Shown here: positions 22,538-30,667 of the stretch, one piece after another
How the letters are laid out: each line of letters starts with the position of its first letter
Numbering within the stretch: position 1 is the stretch's first letter
Assembly (NCBI GenBank): GCA_963929765.1
Contig: CAWVKD010000056.1
Span: 12,060-76,059, forward strand
DNA: 64,000 bases
Direction of reading: 5' to 3'
Origin: Clostridia bacterium
GTDB lineage: Bacteria > Bacillota > Clostridia > Oscillospirales > Oscillospiraceae
The notes under the pieces: model-generated
The model's database searches: none
The model's input: the letters and a program-made list of their open reading frames with translations, nothing else
Told to the model about the DNA's origin: nothing
Made by a program: the position numbers and the translations under genes

Positions 22538-23344
22538 TTATTCTGGTTTGACTTGTTTATCTCGAAGAAAGATATGTTTGATATGAGGAGAGTTGGTTTG
22601 ACGGACATCAATTTCAAATCGATCCAATGATTTCATTAATTGGGTAAGCTTTTGAAAACCATAATTACGGGGGTCAAAATCAGGTTGTTTTTTCAAAAGA
22701 AGATTACCCAGCTCTCCCATAAATGCATATCCATCTTCATCTGCAATGTCTGCAACAGAAGAGGCAATCAGCTGTACCATTTCATCTGGTATATGAAATG
22801 GGGCATCTAATTCACTGTGGCTATGATTGGCCTCTGATGTTTGCTCTGTTTTCTTTTTGGATTTGGATTTGGTTCTGGTTTGCAAAAGATCTTTTTCTGC
22901 TGCTGCTCGAATAATTTCTACATAAATAAATTTATCACATGCGACAATAAAGGGCATAGGGGTCTTTTTTTCACCGATACCGATGACTTTCATTCCCGCT
23001 TCTCGTAATCGAGTAGCTAATCTGGTAAAATCACTGTCGCTGGAGACAATGCAAAACCCATCGGTTTTGCTGGTATACAAAATATCCATAGCGTCAATGA
23101 TCATAGCAGAGTCTGTGGCATTTTTTCCAGTAGTATATGCGTATTGCTGAATGGGTGTAATGGCATTTTCTAAAAGAATATTTTTCCAACTTGCTAGATT
23201 GGGTGTGGTCCAATCGCCATATATTCGTTTGATGGTGGGTGTACCATAAACCGCGATTTCAGCCATAACATCTTTAATGCTGTTTCGAGGTGCATTGTCA
23301 GCATCGATAAGAACAGCAAGACGCAGATTGGTAAGTTGAGACAT
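22538..23344 (-). CDS. NYN-domain (LabA-like) protein with a C-terminal OST-HTH/LOTUS domain
   Basis: 268 aa. The N-terminus is LAVLIDADNA...IKRIYGDW...SDSDFTRLATRLREAG (NYN). A K/S-rich linker follows, then a C-terminal LOTUS-like region (DEDGYAFMGELGNLLLKKQPDFDPRNYGFQKLTQLM). Confidence 0.85.
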   Translation of the reverse strand: MSQLTNLRLAVLIDADNAPRNSIKDVMAEIAVYGTPTIKRIYGDWTTPNLASWKNILLENAITPIQQYAYTTGKNATDSAMIIDAMDILYTSKTDGFCIVSSDSDFTRLATRLREAGMKVIGIGEKKTPMPFIVACDKFIYVEIIRAAAEKDLLQTRTKSKSKKKTEQTSEANHSHSELDAPFHIPDEMVQLIASSVADIADEDGYAFMGELGNLLLKKQPDFDPRNYGFQKLTQLMKSLDRFEIDVRQTNSPHIKHIFLRDKQVKPE

Positions 23345-23523
23345 AAATCATATCTCCTCCTTATCCTATTCATCATGGTTTCATAGGACGAAGTCGCATT
23401 TATCTTCCATCCTAAACCGTTTCAAACCATCTTTGCACAGGCAAAGTTCCCCCAAATGGTTAGTTATCATAGTTAAACAGACAGACACAGAATAAGGTTA
23501 GAAGACAAATTCATTTTAATACT

Positions 23524-23552
23524 ATTGTATAAAATGGAATGCTATTTGTCAA
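23524..23552 (-). promoter_or_regulatory. candidate sigma-A promoter of the NYN-domain gene
   Basis: On the minus strand: TTGACA, 17 nt, TACAAT. It lies about 175 nt upstream of the start codon. Confidence 0.45.
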
Positions 23553-23624
23553 TCAAAGCCTAGGGAGAGTCTGTTTTTTCTTTCTTTTTAGGCAAAGAGT
23601 CCTTGTTTCTTTCCAAGATTGTGG

Positions 23625-23654
23625 TTGACATGGGTAAAAAATATACTGTATAAT
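23625..23654 (+). promoter_or_regulatory. candidate sigma-A promoter of rpmH-rnpA
   Basis: TTGACA (23625-23630), 18 nt, TATAAT (23649-23654). It lies about 140 nt upstream of the rpmH ATG. Confidence 0.5.
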
Positions 23655-23793
23655 AACCTTTGCACTTGCAATAGCCGGAGATGCTTTGCTATCTGTATGA
23701 TTTTAAGAAAATGTTCCTATTTTCGGTTCAAATGCGGTTTTATCCGGGTTTGCCACAATAGTGCATACGATTTTAAAATGGGAGGTGTGACAG

Positions 23794-23928
23794 ATGCTGC
23801 GCACATATCAACCGAAGAAACGCCAGCGCTCCAAAGAGCATGGTTTCCGCAAGAGAATGGCCACTAGAAATGGACGCCGGGTTTTAGCCCGTAGACGTTC
23901 TAAAGGAAGAGCTCGTCTGACCCACTAA
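23794..23928 (+). CDS. rpmH: 50S ribosomal protein L34
   Basis: This 44-aa ORF is absent from the ORF track because it is under 60 aa. It reads [54 protein letters not shown] lies 6 nt upstream. Confidence 0.95.
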   Translation: MLRTYQPKKRQRSKEHGFRKRMATRNGRRVLARRRSKGRARLTH

Positions 23929-23942
23929 TCCTTTTCGGTTGC

Positions 23943-23990
23943 CGGCGGGGCAGCGTACCGCCGCCCCGCCGAGCGAGCGTTTTTTGATTT
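23943..23990 (+). terminator. GC-rich hairpin plus T-tract between rpmH and rnpA (partial terminator or attenuator)
   Basis: 9-bp stem (ccggcgggg c / g ccccgccg region, 23943-23971) followed 8 nt later by TTTTTTGATTTTTG. Confidence 0.4.
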
Positions 23991-24383
23991 TTGTTGGGCA
24001 GCGTAGCTGTAACAAAGAAAAACGAGGTCTTGTATTTGGAGTATTCACAGTCTCTCAAAAAAAACCATGAATTTCGTAGGCTATATAGCAAAGGGAAAAG
24101 CGCAGTCTCTCCTATTTTGGTCCTTTATTGTAAAAAAAATGGGCGCGGTGTGAACCGAATTGGAATCACAGTGGGTGGTAAAATAGGAAATGCTGTAAAG
24201 CGAAATTGGATTCGCCGCCGCTTGCGAGAGTGTTATCGGGTTAACGAAGCGCGTTTTGCTGTGGGATACGATTTGATTTTGGTAGCGCGGGTGCGTACAG
24301 GGTTTGCAAAATACAAACAGATGGAAGACCATCTCATCCGTTTGGCAGGGCGCCTGGGCCTTTTGAAACAGGAGGGTATATGA
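23991..24383 (+). CDS. rnpA: ribonuclease P protein component
   Basis: Reads [16 protein letters not shown] ... [15 protein letters not shown] (RNR motif). The start is uncertain: TTG at 23991 per the track, or an in-frame TTG at 24036 after GAGG. The stop overlaps the yidD ATG. Confidence 0.9.
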   Translation: MLGSVAVTKKNEVLYLEYSQSLKKNHEFRRLYSKGKSAVSPILVLYCKKNGRGVNRIGITVGGKIGNAVKRNWIRRRLRECYRVNEARFAVGYDLILVARVRTGFAKYKQMEDHLIRLAGRLGLLKQEGI

Positions 24384-24589
24384 AAAAGATTTTAATGGAA
24401 CTTATTTCATTTTACCGAAAACAGATTTCACCTTTTCGGCCTCCCTGTTGCCGGTTTATTCCCACTTGTTCAGCATATGCATTGGAAGCTATTGAACGGT
24501 ATGGCGCTATAAAAGGAGGATTTCTTGCGTTGAAACGCGTTTTGAAATGCCATCCATTTCATGAAGGAGGATATGATCCGGTACCATGA
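24380..24589 (+). CDS. yidD: membrane protein insertion efficiency factor YidD
   Basis: 69 aa containing [27 protein letters not shown]. Confidence 0.9.
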   Translation: MKKILMELISFYRKQISPFRPPCCRFIPTCSAYALEAIERYGAIKGGFLALKRVLKCHPFHEGGYDPVP

Positions 24590-24610
24590 TGATCAGTTTG
24601 GAGGCTGTCT

Positions 24611-25756
24611 ATGGGTATATTTAATACGATTATCACAACGCCGTTTTCCTGGGTTCTTTTAACTTTATATAATTTTTGCCATAGTTACGGATTAGCTTTG
24701 ATTTTATTTTCTCTTATTGTTAAACTGATCCTATTGCCTTTTTCTGTTAAAAGTAAAAAAAATATGGTTAAAATGGGGCGGCTTTCCCCAAAGCTAAAGG
24801 CTTTGGAAAAACAATACAAAAATGATCGAAACAAGTATGCAGAAGAGACGCAGAAATTATACCGGCAATATGGTATTAACCCTATGAGCGGTTGCTTATG
24901 GAGTATTTTACCTTTGCCTATTATGTTAGGTCTCTATGGCGTTGTTCGTCGGCCACTCACCAATTTGATGAAGCTAACAGCAGAACAGATCAGCACAGTA
25001 GTGGCTACATTAACGTCTTTGGGTGTTACAGTTGGAGATAGTACATCCACATATGGTGAAATTGCTTTGGCACAGCAAATTTCCAATCATTTACCGGAAG
25101 TACAAGCTGTTGTTCCAAATGTGTTTGCGATTAACTATAATTTCCTGGGAATTGATCTGTCTGCACAGCCTAGTTTTGATTTTTTCTCTACAGGAGTATG
25201 GACCTGGGCGTCAATTGGTTTGTTTCTATTGCCGTTTATTTCAGGCCTTGCGTCCTTTTTTTCCATGCGAGTAGCAACAAAAACCAATGCCAATCCTAAT
25301 GATAACGGAGAAAAGTCAGTTGCAGATAAGACAAGTCAAAAAATGAGTTGGTTTATGCCGCTGATTTCTATTTACATTGGCTTTGTCATGCCAGCTGGCC
25401 TTTGTGTTTACTGGATTATGAACAGTGTCTTCGGGATTATCCAGGAACTGGTTTTGGGAAAAATTATTGGCAAAAAGTTGGACAAAGAAGAGGAAGAGAG
25501 GAAGAAGCAAGAGGCTATTTTGGCAGCAGAAGAAAAGAAAAAGAGAGCAGAAGCTGCTGCTCGGAAATACTCTGGAAAAGGACAAAAGCACAAGCCAAAA
25601 CGGGAAGCAACGCATGAAAAAGGTCAAATTGGAGATAGGCCGTATGCCAGAGGACGATCTTATAATGCAGAACGATTTGGAGGAGAAGCATCGTCCGACT
25701 CGTCATCAGAACAAAAGACAGAGCCAGACGAAGAGCAACCTCTGCAAAACGAATAG
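24611..25756 (+). CDS. yidC: YidC/Oxa1-family membrane insertase with a long charged C-terminal tail
   Basis: 381 aa with a polytopic core (LALILFSLIVKLILLPFSVKS..., GLCVYWIMNSVFGIIQ) followed by a K/E-rich tail of about 100 aa. Confidence 0.92.
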   Translation: MGIFNTIITTPFSWVLLTLYNFCHSYGLALILFSLIVKLILLPFSVKSKKNMVKMGRLSPKLKALEKQYKNDRNKYAEETQKLYRQYGINPMSGCLWSILPLPIMLGLYGVVRRPLTNLMKLTAEQISTVVATLTSLGVTVGDSTSTYGEIALAQQISNHLPEVQAVVPNVFAINYNFLGIDLSAQPSFDFFSTGVWTWASIGLFLLPFISGLASFFSMRVATKTNANPNDNGEKSVADKTSQKMSWFMPLISIYIGFVMPAGLCVYWIMNSVFGIIQELVLGKIIGKKLDKEEEERKKQEAILAAEEKKKRAEAAARKYSGKGQKHKPKREATHEKGQIGDRPYARGRSYNAERFGGEASSDSSSEQKTEPDEEQPLQNE

Positions 25757-25769
25757 ATAGGAGAGCGTT

Positions 25770-26414
25770 ATGAACCACTGGATCGAAGTGACCGGTAAAA
25801 CAGAAGAGGAAGCCATAGCTACTGCTCTTAAACAGTTGGGACTGGAACGAGATGAAGTCTCTGTAGAGCTTTTGGAGCGGGCAAAGTCTGGGTTTCTTGG
25901 CATTGGGGGTTCACCTGCAAAGATCCGTGTGACATATATGGTGGAACAAAGCCGAAAAGAAAAAATTGAAACATTTTTAAAAGGACTTTTAGAGAGGCTC
26001 CATTCTGAAGCAGTTCCTCGTGTAGAAGAAACTCCAGAAGGAAATTTCAAAGTTGTTTTGGAGGGGCCTCATCTAGGTGCATTGATTGGCCGTCGTGGAG
26101 AAACGTTGGATGCTATTCAGCAGATTACCAATTACACTGTAAATCGTGGAGAAGAAAAACGAGTTAAAATCCACATTGATGCAGAAAATTACAGAAAGAA
26201 ACGAGAGGAATCTCTGCAACGTCTGGCTGTAAAAGTAGCAGAAAAAGTTTTGAAGTATCGAAAAAATGTAATGCTGGAACCTATGAATGCATATGAGCGC
26301 CATGTCATTCATACAGCACTTCAAGACTGGGACGATATTACTACGTATTCCACGGGGACAGAGCCAAACCGCCGTATTGTTGTAGCTATGAGTAAAGGTG
26401 GTTCAAAAAAATAA
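25770..26414 (+). CDS. jag: Jag/KhpB RNA-binding protein (Jag_N, KH, R3H)
   Basis: 214 aa with a KH-like GALIGRRGETLDAIQ and an R3H region MNAYERHVIHTAL. It sits in the conserved position after yidC. Confidence 0.9.
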   Translation: MNHWIEVTGKTEEEAIATALKQLGLERDEVSVELLERAKSGFLGIGGSPAKIRVTYMVEQSRKEKIETFLKGLLERLHSEAVPRVEETPEGNFKVVLEGPHLGALIGRRGETLDAIQQITNYTVNRGEEKRVKIHIDAENYRKKREESLQRLAVKVAEKVLKYRKNVMLEPMNAYERHVIHTALQDWDDITTYSTGTEPNRRIVVAMSKGGSKK

Positions 26415-26420
26415 AGCAAA

Positions 26421-26466
26421 AAAAGAGAGAGCGTCAAGAAGAAAGGCCATGACGCTCTCTTTTTAT
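26421..26466 (+). terminator. intrinsic terminator after jag
   Basis: Stem agagagcgtca / tgacgctctct (26426-26460) followed by TTTT. Confidence 0.6.
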
Positions 26467-26594
26467 TGCTTTTATTTTGATGAGGCATCATATAAAAATT
26501 CCAATTATTTCAAAAATAAAAAGATATTCTATTGGAAAAAATTTGATCCTTTGCTATACTGATGAAAAATGGAATAAGGAGGAAATGGTGGTTT

Positions 26595-27767
26595 ATGAAA
26601 AAAAGGATCGTCAATATAGGATTGGTATTTATGATGTGCTTATCTTTGCTCCAAATAACAGCATTTGGGGAAGATCAAATACCTACTTTTTCTGATGTCA
26701 GAGAAGGGGATTGGTTCGTTGAGGATGTGGCATATACTTATCAAAATGGATTGATGAACGGCATTGGAAACAGCCTGTTTGCGCCCGATGCTTCTGCAAC
26801 ACGAGGAACTATTGTGACCATTTTATATCGGATGGAAAAAGAACCTGCTGCTGCGGGAAACCTTATCTTTGACGATGTGCAGGCAGGAGCTTATTATGTA
26901 CAAGCAGTCAAATGGGCATCCAATAACGGCATTATGAACGGTTATGGCAACGGGAAGTTTGGCCCAGATGATTTGGTGACGCGGGAACAATTAGCTGTAG
27001 TCTTATATCGTTATGCCCGGTATAAAGGATACGATACTATGGCACGAGGAAATTTGTCTGAATTCGTGGATCAAAAAGAAATAAGCGATTATGCGGTAGA
27101 TGCCATATCTTGGGCAAAAGCCGAAGGTCTGATCAATGGTACCTCCTCCTATACATTGTCTCCTCGGGGAAAAGCTGCACGAGCACAGGTTGCAGCCATG
27201 TTACACCGCTTTTGCGACACAATCGCAACATGGGTTCCAAATCCAAATCCACCAGCCTTTGTACCTGCACCTGCTGCATCTGCTATTTTTGAAGAATTGA
27301 CTGGAAAAACATTTTATTTTACTTCTGGTGCAGGTGCTTGGCTCACAAGCCTTCATATCAGTGCGGATGGGAGTTTTACAGGTGAGTTCCATGACAGTGA
27401 TATGGGCGATACTGGGCCTGGTTACCCTGGTGGAACGGTATATCTTTGCCCATTTAGCGGAACATTCGGTTTTATTTCTAAAGTCAACGATTATGAATAT
27501 GTTATGAAGCTAACATCTCTTCAAACAGATGAATCTCCAGGAATGATAATAGAAGACGGGGTCAGATACATCATACAGAAAGAACCATATGGCTTGAATG
27601 ATGCAGATGAATTCCGAATCTACTTGCCTGGTAGATCCACGAAAGATCTACCCAAGCCATTTTTGGAATGGGTTAGTATGCCTCATGCCTGGGGAAACCA
27701 AATCCCTGCTACACTGCCTTTTTGGGGATTATATAATGTAGGTGGAGAAATGGGATTCACCTCTTAA
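26595..27767 (+). CDS. secreted SLH-domain cell-wall-anchored protein with an uncharacterised C-terminal domain
   Basis: Signal peptide MKKRIVNIGLVFMMCLSLLQITAFG. Three SLH repeats follow (FSDV..GDWF..NGLMNG, FDDV..GAYY..NGIMNGYG, FVDQKEISDYA..GLINGT). The remaining roughly 175 aa have no motif I recognise. Confidence 0.85.
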   Translation: MKKRIVNIGLVFMMCLSLLQITAFGEDQIPTFSDVREGDWFVEDVAYTYQNGLMNGIGNSLFAPDASATRGTIVTILYRMEKEPAAAGNLIFDDVQAGAYYVQAVKWASNNGIMNGYGNGKFGPDDLVTREQLAVVLYRYARYKGYDTMARGNLSEFVDQKEISDYAVDAISWAKAEGLINGTSSYTLSPRGKAARAQVAAMLHRFCDTIATWVPNPNPPAFVPAPAASAIFEELTGKTFYFTSGAGAWLTSLHISADGSFTGEFHDSDMGDTGPGYPGGTVYLCPFSGTFGFISKVNDYEYVMKLTSLQTDESPGMIIEDGVRYIIQKEPYGLNDADEFRIYLPGRSTKDLPKPFLEWVSMPHAWGNQIPATLPFWGLYNVGGEMGFTS

Positions 27768-27855
27768 AACTTATGTGTTGCATGCAATGGATAATTAGGT
27801 AAAAATGTGAAATAAAATAACACAAAAAACCTACATAGAAACAGAAGTATTTCGA

Positions 27856-27895
27856 AAAGGAGAGGGAGAGCATAAAATTTTCCCTCTCCATTTTA
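27856..27895 (+). terminator. intrinsic terminator after the SLH gene
   Basis: Stem ggagaggga / tccctctcc with a 13-nt loop, followed by ATTTTA. Confidence 0.5.
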
Positions 27896-27913
27896 GAAAA
27901 ACAAGAAAAAAGG

Positions 27914-27942
27914 TTGACAAATCTGACTTTTTCCGCTATGAT
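27914..27942 (+). promoter_or_regulatory. candidate sigma-A promoter of tRNA-Val
   Basis: TTGACA, 17 nt, TATGAT. It ends 18 nt before the tRNA 5' end. Confidence 0.5.
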
Positions 27943-27959
27943 AAAGAACAGTCTTGTTA

Positions 27960-28035
27960 GGACGATTAGCTCAGCTGGTAGAGCATCCGCTTGACGTGCG
28001 GAGGGTCAGCGGTTCAAGTCCGTTATCGTCCACCA
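27960..28035 (+). tRNA. tRNA-Val (anticodon GAC)
   Basis: Manual cloverleaf, 76 nt: acceptor GGACGAT/ATCGTCC, D arm GCTC-AGCTGGTA-GAGC, anticodon arm TCCGC-TTGACGT-GCGGA, T arm AGCGG-TTCAAGT-CCGTT, encoded CCA. Confidence 0.93.
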
Positions 28036-28039
28036 AAAA

Positions 28040-28071
28040 GCCTCGGATGGCATTAAATCCGAGGTTTTTTT
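28040..28071 (+). terminator. intrinsic terminator after tRNA-Val
   Basis: Stem cctcgga / tccgagg followed by TTTTTTT. Confidence 0.65.
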
Positions 28072-28171
28072 ATCCACAGATTTGTTTATTCACTTGTGAG
28101 TAACGGCAATATAAACTTACCCTTATAGGATATGGTGCCGAGAAGAAAGACAGAAAACTTTTTTCAATTGG

Positions 28172-28200
28172 TTGAAATTCTATTAAAAACAGTGTATACT
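28172..28200 (+). promoter_or_regulatory. candidate sigma-A promoter of the small-protein cluster
   Basis: TTGAAA, 17 nt, TATACT. It lies about 45 nt upstream of the ATG at 28247. Confidence 0.4.
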
Positions 28201-28246
28201 ACAAAGTATAAAATAGAGATTTCAGATTTAGACAGGAGGCCAAACT

Positions 28247-28447
28247 ATGAAAGCGCTAAAAGTAATTTTGTCTTTGGCTGCAGTGACGTTGGCGATCGGT
28301 GCAATTGCCTGTGCGGTCACAGCGTATTGGGACAATCTAACCGAGTTGTATGCCTGTGCGAAAGAAAAACTAGTGAAACGAGGAAACTCCTGTGGAGTCT
28401 GTGCAGATGATGACGATGGATTTTCTGACTTTGTAGATGTAGAATAA
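28247..28447 (+). CDS. hypothetical small membrane protein (one TM helix, CxxC, acidic tail)
   Basis: 66 aa with AGGAGG 7 nt upstream. It has an N-terminal TM helix (VILSLAAVTLAIGAIACAVTAYW) and a C-terminal NSCGVCADDDDGFSDFVDVE. I recognise no family. Confidence 0.55.
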   Translation: MKALKVILSLAAVTLAIGAIACAVTAYWDNLTELYACAKEKLVKRGNSCGVCADDDDGFSDFVDVE

Positions 28448-28521
28448 GATTGCAATAACATGTGGACAAAGGCGTTCATTCTTTTAAGAATGGACGCCTT
28501 TGTCTCAAAGGAGGCGACGTT

Positions 28522-28734
28522 ATGGAACAAAAACAATATGTTTGTCCCAAATGTGGATGTCAGAGTTTTATACATGACCAGTTTCAAGCCACTGGTGGAA
28601 ACTTTGCAAAGATTTTCGATGTTCAAAATAAAAAGTTTATTACGATTTCATGCGCAGCTTGTGGATATACGGAATTATACAAAGCCCAAACATCCAGCGG
28701 ATGGAATGTATTGGACTTTTTAATTGGAGGTTAA
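28522..28734 (+). CDS. small zinc-ribbon protein (Zn-ribbon DUF2082-like)
   Basis: 70 aa from the ATG at 28522, with AAGGAGG upstream. Reads MEQKQYVCPKCGCQSF...ISCAACGYTELY, giving two CxxC pairs. Confidence 0.7.
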   Translation: MEQKQYVCPKCGCQSFIHDQFQATGGNFAKIFDVQNKKFITISCAACGYTELYKAQTSSGWNVLDFLIGG

Positions 28735-28752
28735 TAGAGGGGGAAACAGAAC

Positions 28753-29124
28753 GTGGGGAAAGCCATCCTTCGAGTGGTTGGGCGCATTGTGGGGCTTTGT
28801 CTTATTCTAGTTGCTCTACTCTATGGACTTACCAAAGCAAATGAATTGCAAAATAGTGGTACAGTAAGAGCTTTGCTGACGGATGCATTGTGGCTATTTT
28901 TTGGTGTGTTACTTCCATTTATAACAGCGCGGCGACAGATACGATTTACATTTTCTTTGGAAAGTCTTCTTTGCTGCATTCTTTGTATTGTATTGGTAAT
29001 GCTACTTTCCCAATTTGCATGGCTTCTTCCAGAAATGATTCGAAGTCAAAGCTCTCTGCTACGGAAATTGTTGTTGTTTGTAAGTGGCGTGTTTTTCAAC
29101 CATACATGGTTTCATATTCGTTAA
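28753..29124 (+). CDS. hypothetical membrane protein
   Basis: 123 aa with a GTG start after GAGGGGG and 3-4 predicted TM helices. I recognise no family. Confidence 0.5.
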   Translation: MGKAILRVVGRIVGLCLILVALLYGLTKANELQNSGTVRALLTDALWLFFGVLLPFITARRQIRFTFSLESLLCCILCIVLVMLLSQFAWLLPEMIRSQSSLLRKLLLFVSGVFFNHTWFHIR

Positions 29125-29164
29125 AAAGAAGGTATCATCTCCATGGAGATGATACCTTCTTTTT
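29123..29164. terminator. bidirectional intrinsic terminator between convergent genes
   Basis: Near-perfect palindrome aaaaagaaggtatcatctcc at ggagatgataccttcttttt. Confidence 0.65.
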
Positions 29165-29190
29165 AACTTTTTCTTTTAATTTGATAGATG

Positions 29191-30363
29191 TCAATCAGAT
29201 AGAGTAGGAATCTGATCCACTTCGATTACTGCTTCATAAGAAGGATCCAATGCTTGAATCGCTTTTTGGATGGATGTGATAATTTGTTTGTCTGTTTGGT
29301 GAATGGAGAAAGGGACTGAAACTTCAAAAATCAACTTCGTATGGGAGGCGCCATGGGTCATTCGAAAATCGTGAATAGAGACAGCAGGATCAATGAGCTG
29401 AACAAGTGCAGAGATTTTTTTCTGCATATCGTTGGTTTCTTGATCATTGGTTACAATAGGGTCCATGTGAATGACAGCCTCACAGCCAAATTGCTTTTTT
29501 AGAGCTCGTTCTGCTTGATCAATACCCCCGTGGAGATCCACAATATTTCCTTTGTCCGACACTTCGGCATGAAGAGATACCATTGTACGACCGGGACCGT
29601 AATCATGAACAACAATATCATGTACACCACAGATATCAGGCTGCTGCAATACAACATTCTCTATTTGACGAATCAATTCTGGATCAGGTGGCTGCCCTAA
29701 CAATGGATTTAAAGTATCTTTTGCAGATGTAATCCCAGTATATAAGATAAAGAGAGCGATGACGATGCCAAAATAGCCGTCCAAGTAGATATGGGTGAAG
29801 TGTTCCAATATAGAAGCAATGAGTACCGTACTAGTGGCTAAGGTGTCACTTAAACTGTCTTTAGAAACAGCCAAAAGGGCAGTAGAAGCAGCCTGTTTAC
29901 CTAGAGCTCGGTTAAAAGCAAACATCCAGAGCTTAACACAGATGGAGACTGCTAAGATGATAGTGGAAATCAGACTAAATTCAGGAAGAGTAGGAGAAAG
30001 TACTTTTTCAATAGAAGTTTTCATCAACTCTATGCCCATGAGTAGAATGGCTAGAGAGACAAAAAGTCCCGATAAATACTCAATGCGTCCATGACCAAAT
30101 GGATGTGATGCATCTGGCTTTTGCCCTGCCATGCGGAATCCAATAAATGTGACAACAGAGGAACCAGCATCGGATAAGTTATTGAAAGCGTCAGCGGTAA
30201 TAGAAACAGAGCCTGTTAGACTCCCAGCTAAACATTTTCCACCAAAGAGTAGTAAATTCAAAATTATACCCATCACGCCGCTAACTAATCCAAGGCGCTG
30301 ACGTGCCTTGGGGCTTTTGTCTGATGCATGAGGGAAAAGACGATTCACAAGTTTTGTGATCAT
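29191..30363 (-). CDS. cation diffusion facilitator (CDF) family metal efflux transporter
   Basis: 390 aa from the ATG at 30363. It has six TM helices, SDAGSSVV...HPFGHGRIEY, and a C-terminal cytoplasmic domain. Confidence 0.9.
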   Translation of the reverse strand: MITKLVNRLFPHASDKSPKARQRLGLVSGVMGIILNLLLFGGKCLAGSLTGSVSITADAFNNLSDAGSSVVTFIGFRMAGQKPDASHPFGHGRIEYLSGLFVSLAILLMGIELMKTSIEKVLSPTLPEFSLISTIILAVSICVKLWMFAFNRALGKQAASTALLAVSKDSLSDTLATSTVLIASILEHFTHIYLDGYFGIVIALFILYTGITSAKDTLNPLLGQPPDPELIRQIENVVLQQPDICGVHDIVVHDYGPGRTMVSLHAEVSDKGNIVDLHGGIDQAERALKKQFGCEAVIHMDPIVTNDQETNDMQKKISALVQLIDPAVSIHDFRMTHGASHTKLIFEVSVPFSIHQTDKQIITSIQKAIQALDPSYEAVIEVDQIPTLSD

Positions 30364-30667
30364 AATAGCCTCATAACCTCGCAATACGTATAAATTCAGA
30401 TGTTGCTTGTTGTGACGTACCAATATGCAAATACCAACGTTAGTGATTATGCCCATAGTTGGAAAATCTAGGTTCAAAATGATTTTTCATGGTTTTCTTC
30501 CGGCGATTTTCCAAATAAATTTAATAATTAGGACATTATTGTAACATGTTTTCTTTCCTCTGTAAACGAACCTGCAAATGAAATAGGGATAAAATAAAAA
30601 TTTAAGGATGGTATCAAGCTGTGTTTTATGGTACAATATCGTTTAATTGACAAGAGGTGGATGGTGT

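Noticed and set aside
23345-23793. Possible alternative oriC at the rpmH-side strand switch
   Set aside because: I found only weak DnaA-box-like 9-mers, each with 2 or more mismatches (for example TGTGGTTGA and TTATCCTAT). Two consensus promoters already explain much of the spacer. The strong box clusters are next to dnaA. Only GC-skew or marker-frequency data can settle this.
25316-25778. Cluster of overlapping ORFs in several frames over the 3' end of yidC
   Set aside because: The repetitive GAA/AAG-rich sequence encoding the K/E-rich YidC tail keeps multiple frames open. The yidC frame is the only one continuous with a conserved domain.
27914-27924. Both solitary tRNA genes (Val at 27960, Thr at 48823) share the promoter start TTGACAAATCT
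   Set aside because: The shared 11-mer is mostly the -35 consensus plus 5 nt. That is too short to distinguish common regulation or duplication from coincidence.
28070-28078. Perfect DnaA box TTATCCACA directly after the tRNA-Val terminator
   Set aside because: It is a single isolated 9-mer. About 0.5 such matches are expected by chance in 64 kb on both strands, and no neighbouring boxes are present.
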